A program made the position numbers and the translations under genes. Positions 33,446 to 46,600 of a DNA stretch of 64,000 nt are shown in pieces. Under the pieces are notes generated by a model that saw only the letters and a list, made by a program, of their open reading frames with translations, searched no databases and was not told where the DNA came from. Each line of letters opens with the position of its first letter. Within the stretch, counting starts at the first letter, position 1. The DNA is from the human T2T-CHM13v2.0 reference genome, Homo sapiens: assembly GCA_009914755.4 (NCBI GenBank), contig CP068257.2, positions 18,240,001 to 18,304,000 on the forward strand. Reading direction: 5' to 3'.

Positions 33446-33735
33446 TGGCTATGCAAAGTGGCTCAAGCCTTTTATCCCACCACTGGGAGGCTGAGATGGG
33501 AGAATCCCTTGATCCCAGGAGTCTCAGACCACACTGGGCAACATGGCAAAACCCCAACTCCACAAAATATGAAAATATTAGCCGTGCATGGTGGCTCGCG
33601 CCTGTAGTCTCAGCTAATTGGGAGTCTGAGGTGGGAGGATCACTTGATTCCCAGATGTCAAAGCTGCTGTGAGATGTGATCATGCCACTGTGCTATAGCC
33701 TGTTCAACAGAGCGAGACTCTGCCTCAAAGAAGGA
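33446..33735 (+). mobile_element. Old Alu (J-like), immediately 3' of the small L1, with a degenerate flanking repeat of the same target sequence
   Basis: tggctatgcaaagtggctcaagccttttatcccaccactgggaggctgagatgggagaatcccttgatcccaggagtctcagaccacactgggcaacatggcaaaaccccaactccacaaaatatgaaaatattagccgtgcatggtggctcgcgcctgtagtctcagctaattgggagtctgaggtgggaggatcacttg...agcgagactctgcctcaaag. The left flank is aagaatagttca and the right flank is aaggaatagttgttca. Confidence 0.8.
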
Positions 33736-34787
33736 ATAGTTGTTCATTTAATGTGTTTTGTCACTGAAGGAACCTCAATATCTGAAAGTGTCTTCAGTTC
33801 ACAACGTCACTGAGCTTGTTAAATTCTTTTTATTCTCTGACAAAGAGAGTTTTGGAAGGCAAGCATGGTTCTATGTTAAGAGGCAGAAGGTGTACACGAT
33901 TGAATAATTTGGCAGGGGAGATTTCTTGTATTTTTCTCCGGTGTTTTTACTTTTATGATCTTCAAAGCACTCTGCACTTGTATTGAAGGGTGGCTGTGGT
34001 CTACACAGTTTGTAAGTAATTTATTGTCCATCTGAAAGTCTGGTTATTACTTGGCCATTGCATTAAGCAATTTTCTGCTTTTTCAGTACCAATAATAATC
34101 AGCTTTTAGACTTTATCTTTCATCATTAAGTAGCCTCGTATACTTACTTATCACAGCCTTTTGGTGAGGGAACAATTTCACTGTTCTCTCCTATTGTGTG
34201 GTAAGGAACACAGTAAGAAGAAATGATAGTTAATTTCCTCCAATGCCAAATATGTATTAATCAGGGTGTACCAGAGACACAGAACGAATAGGATATGTAT
34301 ATAGATATATGAAAGAAGACTCCACAAGTTGGACACCCTTGGATGCTGGTAGTGTGGCTCTGCATAAAATCCTTGAGACCCGAGGGGCCACTGGCATAAG
34401 TCCTAGAGTCCAAAGACCAGTGAGCCTGGAGTTCTGATGTGCAGGCAGAAAAAGGAAAGTCTGTCCCAGCTCTCAGACAGAGACGTGTTCACCTTCTATA
34501 TTTGTTCTCCCGGGGCCCCCCGCTGACTGGATTTTCCCCACCCAGTTCACTCAGACTCACCCACTAATCTCCTCTGGAAACATCCTAGCAGACACTCAAA
34601 ATAATACTTTATCAGGTTTCCTGATAAAAGCCTCAAGCCAGTCACGTTGACTCCTAAAATCAAATCCACCCCTTGTCAATTTGGCAGCTATATGCATCTC
34701 TTTAAAACATACTTAATTCCCAAATAAAGACAATAACAAAGGAATCGTCTGTCTAACATGATGCAATTATCCTGCGATTGTGATTTT

Positions 34788-34876
34788 CAGAATTTCAGAC
34801 CTTAGGAATTTTAGACCTTAGGAATTTTAAACTTTAGAGCTTTAAACTTTAGGGATTTTAATCTTAAAATATTTCA
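34788..34876. repeat. Minisatellite-like tandem repeat, ~5 copies of a ~16-bp unit (gaattttagaccttag)
   Basis: gaatttcagaccttaggaattttagaccttaggaattttaaactttagagctttaaactttagggattttaatcttaaa. Confidence 0.75.
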
Positions 34877-37800
34877 GCATTCAAGTTTGTGACATTTGGA
34901 ATTGTGTCCGTTAGAATTATGACTCAAACCTAGATTTTATAGACTTTTTATAGGTCAGAATTTTATTTTTGTCAAAAATAATGAAAAGGCATATCACAAT
35001 ATTGCTTTAATTTACATTACTTTTAGAAAAACAGCATCCTTGGAATTTTAGACAATTTTTTAAAACTGTGAAATGCCTATTTATATATTTTGCCTATATT
35101 TCCTTTGGTTGTTTGTTATTATAGATAATAGGAGGGAGACATTGTATTTTAATAATATTAACACATTTGTTTTATTAATCACAAGAGGACTTCATTAGTA
35201 ATTTATTTGGTTTTTAACTTTTTTAAGTGAAAAAAATCGTTATTTTGTAGTCTACTGTACTATCTTCTGCATCTTCAAAAATTAAAATTTAACAAACGAT
35301 TTTATCTTAAAGTTAGATCTAGTTTATTCACTTTCTACAAAAAATATATATTGACAGAATGTCAACCTAGCAATGAAAAGGTTTTGAAGAAACAAAGAAA
35401 CTGTATGTGAATTTGATGTTTTAAAAGCCCATACTTTTTAGCTTAACAATTTTTGTGGCAGTTTCATAATAAGCCATACTTTTTTGGCTGATAAGTTAGA
35501 AAATCACACAGATGATAGCATATTTCAATAGCACATAAGATACACTCACCCTACTTTACTGAAGTGACGCAAGCTGTCATTCTATGTATTTTTCCTGATA
35601 ACTTCTTAAAGAATCTTATGTTTTTTCCCCCACGGTACATACCAGGATTTATTTTGCACAGAATACTGAAAAAAATGTTTTCAGCTCTGTTCAATGTTTA
35701 TTTTTTGTGTAGGCAGTTCTTGGCATTTACAGTCTGATTTTTAAGGTGGGATTGAGTTTTAAAAGTACGTGGAAAGGCTTGAAAGACTAAAAACAGATAT
35801 CTGTGAATTCTAAATCCTAAAATATGAGTCATTAATTCAAAGTCATGAAAATGCTATACATGGAAATTTCTGATAAAAACTTTAGTGTGAAACAGATACA
35901 CAATCAGGTAAAATGATCCAATGTTTGGTGGTAAAACATCTCCTACATGTAATAGCATTACACAGTAAGTATGATAATGTTTATATATGTGCATTAAGGG
36001 GTATATTGAGTTGAGACATAAATCAGAAACCAATTCTCCCAGACAAAATATATCTCAATCTAATACCTGACCTTATATTGGTGACTAGGCATTTCTGTCT
36101 CACCAAGAAATGTGGATGTTGCAGATTCAGTCACTAGCTCAAAGGTGGTCTTTCTTGGAACCTTTGTTACTTGGCTCTTTGAGTGTCCTCAAGCTGTCTC
36201 TAAATATAAGCTTAAGTTTCAGGCTGAAGTCCCACACAGACCACAACACTATATCTTATTTTTTTAGTTTGTTGAAATATAGATTTTGCTGATTTTTAAA
36301 AAGTCTGCGTGCAGAAAGAAAACATGGCAACAATTCCAAGCTTGAGTTCTGAACACATCTAGTGCTCTATTTATACATGTATACAGTTCAAGATATCCTA
36401 CCAATCCAGTAATTGTTCTTATATTAAAACAAACTTCAGAAAAGCAATAATATATGTTTAGAAAACAAATCCACTACATACTTTAAAACCAGAAGAGTTA
36501 GTAACAAAATAAGGTGTATGTATGAAAGGAGAAGCACATAAACATTTTAAATAAAGGAGAGGCACAATATTCATTTTGAAGAACAAATGAGACTATGACA
36601 TTGAGGCAGTAAATTAAATTTTTTTGCTCGTTAATTATTTAAATTTTAGAATGTATTATGTGAAGTTATGTGGATTATGCTAGCTGCTTTCATCATAGCA
36701 CTCTTTCTGTGGCTGTACAAATCTAAACTTTCATACCTATATATTTATGAGGCTGAACGTATACCTTTCCAAATATTCCCTTTTAAAAAACTTTTTTTGC
36801 CATCATTGTTAAGAGACACTTGAAAGAAATGAACGTGATGAGAGCCAGGTAAGGAGCAGTAAACTACAAATAAAAACAAAATAAAACTTTATGGATCCTA
36901 TTGCCAATGTTAGGTCAGTAGTTTTCTAACTCATGCCAGATGACCTTCAGTTGTGTCTTGGGTACTCTCATTATTTTTTATGACTTCACTGTGGTGTTTA
37001 CTCAACCAGGAATAGTCACTACAAGCTAAACCATTTTGAAATTTCTAAGTAAAAGTTATAGAGTGATGAAAATTTGGGGGTTTTCTTCCCAACTTTTGAT
37101 TATAAGTGGTATGTATGATTTGTGGACAATTCAGACCCATCTTATTTTGATGTGGTTATCGTTTTTCTATGGATGTCTGATGGATTGTACAACAATTTGT
37201 AGTAAGATGCATGTATGTGCATGAAGGTTGTTCAGAAATTTCCACAAGGCACTAGGTAATAAGCAATGCTTTCTCTATAATCCCTTTCCATAGATCCAGT
37301 CTTCCAAATAGATAGAGCCTAGGGGATATCAAGTTCAGTATGGACCCAGAAGCCACTGTTAAGCTAACAAGGAAACTTAGAATAGAGGTGAATATTTGAT
37401 AGTGTTGGCAAAATATTCTCCAGGTGTTGAAATCTTCATCAGCCCTCTCATGCTAATTTCCTGTAACCTGTACACCACAGTCCTATAAATTGCAGACTGC
37501 AAAATCAGAAGAATTGGAAGGGTCTCAGGTCACCTATTTTTGTGGCAATTTGATGTCAAAGTGTTTGTCAGTTCAAGGAGGAATTACTTAGCCAAATTTT
37601 CTCATTTTGAGTTACATACTTCACCTGACTCTTCTGTGGAGGACTAGAAGTCTGCAATTACCATTTAAGTTGATAAGTTCTAAAATATGTAATGTATTTT
37701 CCACATCTTTGTGTTTGAGGATGTCCTAAGACATGCAGTTTTCAAAACATTGCAACCAAAAGAATTGCGCATTTATTGATGTTCAAAGTTACATAAAATT

Positions 37801-39569
37801 ATGTGTAATTAAATTTGGATATTTTATATGTCTTTGAGAAGAGAAAATTCCTACTAAATGGTATGTTTAATTTATTGTTTTCAAAGTTGATAAAATAAAT
37901 GGGTAAATAATATCAAGAAGATTGAATAACAAAACTCAACAGAAACATTCTGTTGTATTCACAATGACTATATGTTAACTTTTCCTTTTTATATCATTAT
38001 AGACTCATGACTTTTTAGAATTACTGTATATCATTGATCTCAGCCAATACTCCCCTTTTCATGCTCATGTCTCTCAGCTTATCCAGTGACAGCCCACTTT
38101 AGATTGGCTTCTTTGTCCTTTTGATGCAGTTCCATTAAGTCTTGGAAGCTGCTTTCTTTCTGATACAACAAAATGTTCAAAAATCAATTTGTCTCAACCC
38201 CAGACATAAAATCAGCCATTTTTTCAAGGAGAACCAGTTTCTTTTAATAGAACTTGTATTAGAGATATAAATCTGAGATCTAAGGTAGCTTGTGATAAAA
38301 ATATTAGTATACTTTCCATTTCAGTGACACATATACAGAAAGTATATCTTTATACTTTCTAAAATTTTATTTAAATGTGAATTTATAGATGAATTCATAT
38401 TACTTTTTGTGATTTTCACTGTGATTGTAGTAGGAAAGTTGTTTTATTGAATTTTTTTCTTACACTGAAATTCTGAATTCTTAAAATATAATTACTTTTT
38501 TGCACTAGCAGATTTTACAAGTAAATTGTTGCAAAATAACAATACATTATTAATAATACTATACAATTACTGAATTTCAAAATATTCTAGTGGTTTATTT
38601 AGTTTACAGAGTTTATGCTATTAAATATGTGAAGTCAAATTTCTTCTAGAATCGCTTATACTTTCTCAGTCTTTGTGGCTATTTAAATATTTATTGATGA
38701 ATCTTGTTAGTTATTCCAGATTAGGTCAATTGTTTCAATTTGATTTTCATATGAGAGTTCTGGCATTCTACATCTCACATTTCTAAATTTCTAGAGGGTT
38801 GAGGTTTTTCTTGTGGCAATTTTTATTTACTAGAAGGCAGAAAAGTTGGTTCAAACCTGAGAAAGGAGAAAAGAACATTTTAAATAGGCCATTCTCTAAC
38901 ATTTTAAGATTCCATTTGATTTATCTTAACACTAAATACGATGACTTACTACTGTAAGTACCCCTTTGTAATCATGCTTTCTGGAAGAATAAACAAATTT
39001 TGCCTACTACTGTTCAATTTCATGTAATATCAGAATCCATACACTTAATTATTGACAATTATTGTTCTGATTTTCTAACATATGAGTAAAACATATTTTT
39101 AAAAATTATGATACACTGATCATGTTTTAAAAATCTCATTATATATTTCTAAATATAGTATTTGAATTTTAAAAGGCATTTAATTAAAAAATTGGAATAA
39201 GTAGTTTTTCTAGGTTGAAAAAAGCACTGGCATTCTAAATTTAGTCAAACAAAGAAAATACAGATTTATCCTTTGCTCTACCTTCTTCATAATTCCCCTG
39301 CAAACTGTCTAGAAACTGGAATTTAACATTCAAAGAAATTCTAAACCCATAAATTTAGAGCCAAACTTCATGTAAATTCCTTATTAGGTATCACATTCTT
39401 ATTATCCGGTTTGTTTTTTGAGCTTAAAACTACAAAAAAGGAATTATTGGTTGGAAATATGTTTAATCATATGTATCTTATATTTTCATATCCAGATATA
39501 AACATTTATTCTGTATTTCTGATTAAAGTAAACTGCAATGCATAATTGAAATTTAGATTTAAAAACACA

Positions 39570-41035
39570 ACTTTTACTACAATACCACCACAAAACATGA
39601 AATGCTTAGATATAAATCTAACAACATATGTACATGATTTATGTGAGAAAAACTGCAAAACTCTGATGAAGGAAATTAAAGAAGAACTAAATCAATAGTC
39701 TGTGTTAATGGATAGAAAGACTCAATATTGTCAAGATGTCAGTTCTTCCCAACTTGATCTAGAGATTCAATGCAATCTTAAACAAGATCTCAGAAAGTAA
39801 TTTTGTGGATACAAGCAAATTCATTCTAAAGTTTATATAAAAAGGCAAAAACCCAAAATTGACAATGCAATGTTGAATTAGAACAAAGTGGGAAGATTGA
39901 CGCTACCCAAATTCAAGGTTAATTATGGAACTACAGAAATTAATACTGTGTGGTATTGGTGAAGGGATAGTCAGAGCAATGAACTATTTAGACAGTCCTC
40001 AGAATAAACATATAAATCTAGTCAACTTATCTTTGGCAAAGGGGCAAATGCAGCCTAATAGACCAATGATAATCTTGAAACAAATAGTGCTGGAACAATT
40101 GAACATCAGCATGTAAAACATGAATGTAGACGCAGATTTAATACTTTTCACAAAATTTAACGCAAAATGCAGCCATTTTGAAGACAGCTTGGTGGTTTCT
40201 AATGACTAAAATCCACAACACTGGCAAGACAAAATGTTAGTGAGGATGTGGAACATCGATTTTTATTTATTGCTTCTGGAAATGAACAATGGTACAGACA
40301 CTTTAGAAGATAGTTTGGTGGTGTCTTACAAAGCTAAGCATACTCTTTCCATATGATCCAGCAATCTCACTCTTTAGTATTTGCAAAATAAGTTGAAAGT
40401 TTATGTCTACACACAAATCTACATGCTGGATATTTATAGCAACTTTATTTATAATTGCCAAAACTTGAATATAACCAAGATGTCCTTTTGTAAGTGAATG
40501 AATAAATAAACTGTGGCACATCCAGACAATGAAATATTATTTGGCACTAAAATGAAATAAGCTATCAAGTCATAAGAAGACATGGTGGAAACTCAAATGC
40601 ATATTCCTAGGTGAAAGAAGCCAATCTAAAAATGCTATATACTGTATGATTCCAACTACATGACATGCCGGATAAGGCAAAGCTCTGAAGACAGTCAAAA
40701 AAGATCAATGGTTGCCAGGGGTTCAGGGGATGGAATGAAGAAGTGAAGCACAATGAGAATATTTTGTAAAATACCCTAATGATAGACACACATAATTATA
40801 CACTTGCCCCAAACCGTATAAAATGTGCAATACGGAGAGTGAACCTAATGTATCCATGAACTTTAGGTGGTTATAATGCGTTACTGTAGGTTCATCAGTT
40901 GTAACAGATGTACCACTCTGATAGAGCATGTTCGTAATGGGGGAAGCTGTCCATGAGTGAGGGCGGGAGTATATGGAAATCTTTGTTCCTTTCTCTGAAT
41001 TTTGCTGTGAACCTAAAACTGCTCTAAAAAAAAAT
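39570..41035 (+). mobile_element. Ancient L1 (L1M-type) ORF2 C-terminal region plus 3'UTR with poly-A and an internal deletion
   Basis: Plus-frame translation carries L1 ORF2 motifs (...KTLMKEIKEELNQ.., LTLP.., ...CWRGCGE-like ggatgtggaaca, IHSLTKGHLGYIQVLAIINKVAINI antisense signature, ..MVARGSGDG.. 3'UTR-like). Ends ctgctctaaaaaaaaataaac. Roughly 600 bp of ORF2 are missing around 40170-40200. Confidence 0.7.
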
Positions 41036-42499
41036 AAACTCTTAAAAACATTAGCCCATACTCAATATATATATTTTGTATATATATTTACTGTATCATA
41101 TATTATATGCGTTTGTATTTTTAAGGATACATTTATGCAACATCCATCACAAAGTGATAGATTCATCAAAAAATCTTCATTTCTCTATTTGAAGCCTGGT
41201 TTAATCATGAATATTATCAATGAGTACTTGTCACTTAAAAACAATTTTTTAAGATCAATATGTGTTCCTCAATTAGTCTTGGCATTCAGATCATTCTTCA
41301 CTTGAAGGATTAAAAAACTGGATAAATTTTAATTGTGGCTTTGAAAAAACTTTACTTATAAATTTACTGCAGCTTGATGAATTTTATTGTCATTTGTTGC
41401 ATCATTTCTTCGTGAATCTTGACTATATCAGCCACTAGATTTCCGATATTTGTATTGCAGTAGTGAAAGCTTAAAGCATTATGATGTTTTTCTTATAAAA
41501 TACAGTGTACTATTTAAATCTTAAATATTCCTTCTGTATTTCTGATGTATTTCCTTAGAATTTAAAAAAAATTCTGTCAATTTCTGTTTTTTTAAATTCA
41601 TATTTCCTCATATTTGTACATATTCTTTTATCATTTATTATATTTTATCTACTAAACCTTATCCAGCTTGATTCACCCAGCATTTGTGGTTCAGATCTGG
41701 TCAAACAGAAGTGCTTTGAATCCAATATGACTGTAATTTACTGGAATTGTACACCCTGAGTCAGGATTTAGAGCTCAGTATTCTTATCTTGACTGTTTTT
41801 GAATCCAGTGAAAACATCAAGGGTTCTCTCCTGGTGTTTTTAGTGAAAGGTTCACTTTTATAACTCCCTATTATTGTAGAAGATTGTTAAAGCTCATACT
41901 GAATTGGAAATGTTCTAATATCCTATTGCAGTTTTAGTTGTTTTAATTAATAATAATGCATGCTGCAATATCAAACAACAGTATTTCAGTGACTTAATAG
42001 GTGGAGAGGCCAAAGGAAAACTTCCCCTTTGCCCTCTGGGCAGTCCCTAAAAATCAAGTTTCAAAAGGTGAAAAGGAAATAAGGAAGTACTTTAGAGGAG
42101 TAATAAAAGATTTTTAGGGGAATTCAGTCGGCTTGGAGAGCACACAGTGCCCTGGGACAAAGTCTGCTGGGCCCACAGAACAGACGATGGTTTGTGAAAA
42201 ATATCTCTCCGGGTGTGTGGAAAGACTTCAGTCTTTCTTCCTGTGATATGAGTTTTAATCTTCTCTGGTTAATAAATTTCAAAGACCATTGTATTCCTCC
42301 TCAGCAGGACTGGTCCCTTCATAAATCTTCATTCTGTGCTTTGGGAAAGACAGATAATTTAGTTAGGAGGAGAGAAAGGTCAGAGAGACCTTGACTTTGC
42401 TTCTTTAGTTCAGTTCTATTTTGGAGTTAAATAGTCTGGTTTAGTCCATAGGCAAACATTTAATACCTGTTCATACTCTCTGTCTTTGGTAGGTCAAGA

Positions 42500-42862
42500 G
42501 GCTGTCTTAGCTTGTTTGACCTGCTTTGACAAAAATACCATATACTAAGTAGCTGATAAAAAACTGAAATTTACTTCTGAGTTGTAGATACTGGGAAGTC
42601 TAAGATCAAGGAAGATTAGGTTTCTGGTGAGGGTCTGCCGTCTGGCTCATAGAGGGCGCCTTTTCTGTCTCCTCACATGGTGAAAGGATTAAATGAGCTC
42701 CCTCAAGTTTCTTTTATAAAGGCTCAAACATATTCATGATGGCCCTGCCCATATGATCTGCTTACCTGCTGAAGATCCCACCTCCTAATACTATCATCTA
42801 GCGGGTGAGGATTTCATCATACTAGTTTTTGGGGAGGATGTAAACATGCAGACCATAGCAAA
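42500..42862 (+). mobile_element. MaLR-type LTR (MLT1/MST-like)
   Basis: ...gacaaaaataccatatactaagtagctgataaaaaactgaaatttacttctgagttgtagatactgggaagtctaagatcaagg...ctcctcacatggtgaaagg...cccacctcctaatactatcatc...ggatttcatcatac...gcagaccatagca. This matches the abundant human LTR consensus pattern ...ggctgggaagtccaagatcaagg...cctcacatggtggaagg...cctcctaataccatcac...catagca. The subfamily is not resolved. Confidence 0.6.
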
Positions 42863-43484
42863 GACTTTTCAAGTAACGGCTCAAATACCAGAACCCATTT
42901 CATCATCTAGCTTCACCATATCAAAGGAAAGGAAGGGAAGCAGAGAGATGTCAGGCTATTCAAGAGCATTTCATATTTAATTATATGTAAAAGTTACTTT
43001 TATATTTTAACTTGACTGGGTCATGTACTGCCCAGACATTTTGCCAGACATTGTCATAGTGTTTCTGTAAACATGTTTTTGGATGAGAAAAACATTTAAA
43101 TCTGTAGGCTGAGTAAAGCAAGTTACTCTCTGCAATATAGGTAGGCTTCATTCACTCAGTTGAAGGCCTGAGTAGAATAAAATGGCTGACTCTTCAAACT
43201 GAGACATCAGCTAGTTTCCTGCTTTTAAACAGAACAGAAATGGTGGCTTTTCCTGTGTGTAAAGTCTGCTGGTTTTTGAGCTGGCTTTTGAACCATCAGT
43301 TCTCCTAAGTCTCTAACTTGTTGAATCACCCAGAAAATCGTGGGATGTGTCAGCCTCCATAATCTTATGAGCAGTTTCCTTCTTTATAATCAATTTCTCC
43401 CTATGTATATAGATATTATAAGGGACTAGCTTATAATAAATATTAATATTTAAATAGTAAAATACTATATATGTGTATATGTGT

Positions 43485-43620
43485 GTGTGAGTATATATAT
43501 ATACCACTGCCATATATATATTTTATATGTAATTATATATTAATGATATTAATATATATATATATATGGCAGTGAGTGTGTGTATTTGTGTGTGTGTTTT
43601 CTATTGGTTCTGTTTCTCTA
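43485..43620. repeat. (TA)n/(TG)n-rich low-complexity block containing an 18-20-bp inverted repeat (ccactgccatatatatat / atatatatatatggcagtg)
   Basis: gtgtgtgtgagtatatatatataccactgccatatatatattttatatgtaattatatattaatgatattaatatatatatatatatggcagtgagtgtgtgtatttgtgtgtgtg. Confidence 0.8.
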
Positions 43621-46600
43621 GAGAACTATAATACAGTATGGATGTGTTGAACACCACCTTTCCCCCCATTATATTGACCAGAACCAGATTTATGGTCTTG
43701 TCTAAAAGAAAGGGTGGTAAGTAGTATAGTTTTTCATACATCCAGAAAGAAAATTTAAATGGCTTTATAATTAATAGTAATATTTCTGCCTCATTCTGTC
43801 CCTCTACTGATCAGTTATGCAGCTCATTTCATTCTTTGTCCCTTAAAGCACCATCAGTTTTTTCAAGGGAATCAAACCCGAGTCCCATTCCAACGTTGAA
43901 TTCAGTTTGAAATACAGGAATATGTCTAGTTGATATGTAATCTTTTTATCAGACCCAGATATAGCTATTCTTGGAGAATGTGAGCAAGAGTGAGAGGTGT
44001 CTCCCTAGCTCCAAATATACAATTATAGAACTCAAATAAAATAACATTAATAAAATTTTTTAAAATTCCAAATATTACAAGGCAGGCATTGCAACATTCT
44101 TGCCTGAGAGAGGAGGTAAAGTTCCTTTATTAATTCATTCATCTGCTCTTGGGGATAGGAGAATACTTTGTCCAAGATTATTGACTCTGCATTCTGGGAG
44201 GTTTTTCATTTACTCTTTATGGTCATGTCTAAAATAGACATTTTGGAATATGCACTTGTCGGATTCAGTTAACATTTACAGCTCCCTTCCTGAATATGTA
44301 AGGAAGAAACAGAAGTTTGTTTTATGTCTTATTTACTCAAAGCATTTTTAGTACAAGCTGGTGATTTCTCAGCAATGGAATTCTCTCAATATTTCAGTAG
44401 AGTTCTTTCTGCTTTCAATCAATTTCATGTGCCAATAAATTCAAAATTCTTTCCTAGTTGTTACTCTCAATGCTAGTTTAACAGACTTTCTCAACCCAAT
44501 TCTCTCAATTCACTGGTGACTGTTTTTAGGCTCTCCAGAAAAAGAGAAGGTAGGATCATTCCCTGAATCTTGTCTTTCTCTTGAGTTGCTGTATTTAGTT
44601 GAGAAGTTTCACTGGTCATTTGTCACTCAAAGTATTTATTAAATCCTATTTCTTATTCTTTGGGATCAAAAAGAAGGCCGTGTTTTCACTCATATAAGAA
44701 CAAAGAAATAAATATCCCAATCTCACTCTTCTCCTAACTTCTGATCTCTTGCTGCTGCTCTCCAATGGCCAAACACATCAGGGAGCAAATTAGACTTTTG
44801 GTGCAGGTCAGTGTCCCAGGGCACAAGGCAGAGACGAATGGAGAGTGCATTTGGAGAGACAAAAAGCGGATAGCACAGCACTTACTTCTTACGATTTTTC
44901 TTCATGTGGATATGGAAACTCTTTTGGTTCCAGTTTATATTCTTAAGCCCTCCATCGTTAAAGGAACACAGAAATCTTTAGTAACAATTCTAAGACATAT
45001 TACTACATATTTAAAACCTAGACATATGCAATTGAATTTTTCTTTAAATCATTCATAAATTCACTATCAATCTCATAATTGTGAAATCACAAGATATATC
45101 TACTTGAAATTCTGAAGGTGATACCAAATGTTATGTCCAAAAGTGATATGGTTTGGGAAAAAAAATTAGAAAGAGAATATACTAGTATTTCTGCCAATCA
45201 TGGAAACAATTTAAAAATATTGCGGTTGCTCAACTTGTTCTATAACATAGAAGATTCCATTAATGTTAAAATAAATCTTACTCAAACAATATATTAAAAG
45301 GACTTAAACTTTTGCTTTTTATGTTTTTAATTTTTATAATGGCTTGTTGGCATTTCAATATTGTCAAGAAAACACCACGAATACACACCATTAATTTCAG
45401 TAATTTTTGGATATTTTACATAATGTATTGCCAATGTAAAAATAACTTGAATGAATTCTTATGACTCCTAAGGGGATTCATATGAACTCATTTCAAGATT
45501 ATAATAGGGGAACCAAGAATGTTTTTTCTTAGTTTGAACTATGACAAATGTATGAATAAATCGTTATTTGATCCTATTGCCTTAGGAAATTCAAAAGATG
45601 CTTATGGGTAAAGAAAAATAAAAAGGAAAAAGCATGACTTAAGACATATCAAAACAAATGTGTATTCAGACTTTTTTAAGTTATAGAATTCTTATATAAA
45701 ATATATAAAAAATGTATTATACAGATCTAACATAACTTCTTTTTAAATGAAAAATGTCTGTATATTTTTAATGCTTTGCTGCTGCATGTTTGTACTTTGT
45801 TTCAAATACCATCAAACTATTAAAACAGCAAATAACTGGGTACAAAAGGATTGACTCAGAATGCCTAATGGAACAGCAGTAACAATCATGAAAAATGTTT
45901 AACTTTTTTCAGCACTGGCTTGATGGTATTATTTTGAGCTCATCTAGTATATTGCTGAGGATTGCTAAAAAATGTTAGCAATTTGTGAAAATGCCATCAT
46001 GTTAATGTACACAACTTTCTGTTCACATTTAATAAAATAGCATACTTTATTTTGCTTTTGTAGATTGCCAAAATAAAATATTTCAGAAAGTTTTCTGAGT
46101 AAAAGCTTGGGATTATCATTTTTTCCCTTGAAATTTTGTTGGTAATTCATCTTAAAAAGGCAGTAATAGTAAAGTTTACTAAAGTTTAAACTTGAAAGCA
46201 AAAAATGATTTGAAGAGAATTTGATGTTCACTTGAATGAACAATTGCAATTTATTTTTCATGAATAGTTTAAAATTTGCCTGGATATTCTTCTTTCAAGA
46301 AACATCTTTGTTTTGTAATATTGTATTATTCTTTCTTATGACAGCCTTGTCAAAATGATTAGATGTTATTCTTGAAGGATAGTCATTCAACAATTATTAT
46401 CATCAATTGCATTACAGAAATTTTGCCCCATGCTTTTGTTCCTAGGGCCTTAGTTTAATAGATACCTTGTACTCAGAACATAATTAGGATTCCTGCCTTA
46501 TAAATAATATTTTATTTTTGCCTTTCAATAATATTATAATATGAAAGAAAAATAAGAAGCAAACAAATTAATGTCATTGATTTTCTTGAGGTAAAAATAA

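Noticed and set aside
34788-34876. Regularly spaced ~16-bp repeats, and similar short arrays at 18263-18340 and 54162-54290, as possible CRISPR-like arrays
   Set aside because: They are tandem, contiguous repeats without unique spacers, only 2-5 units, in a eukaryotic context. They are minisatellites, not CRISPR.
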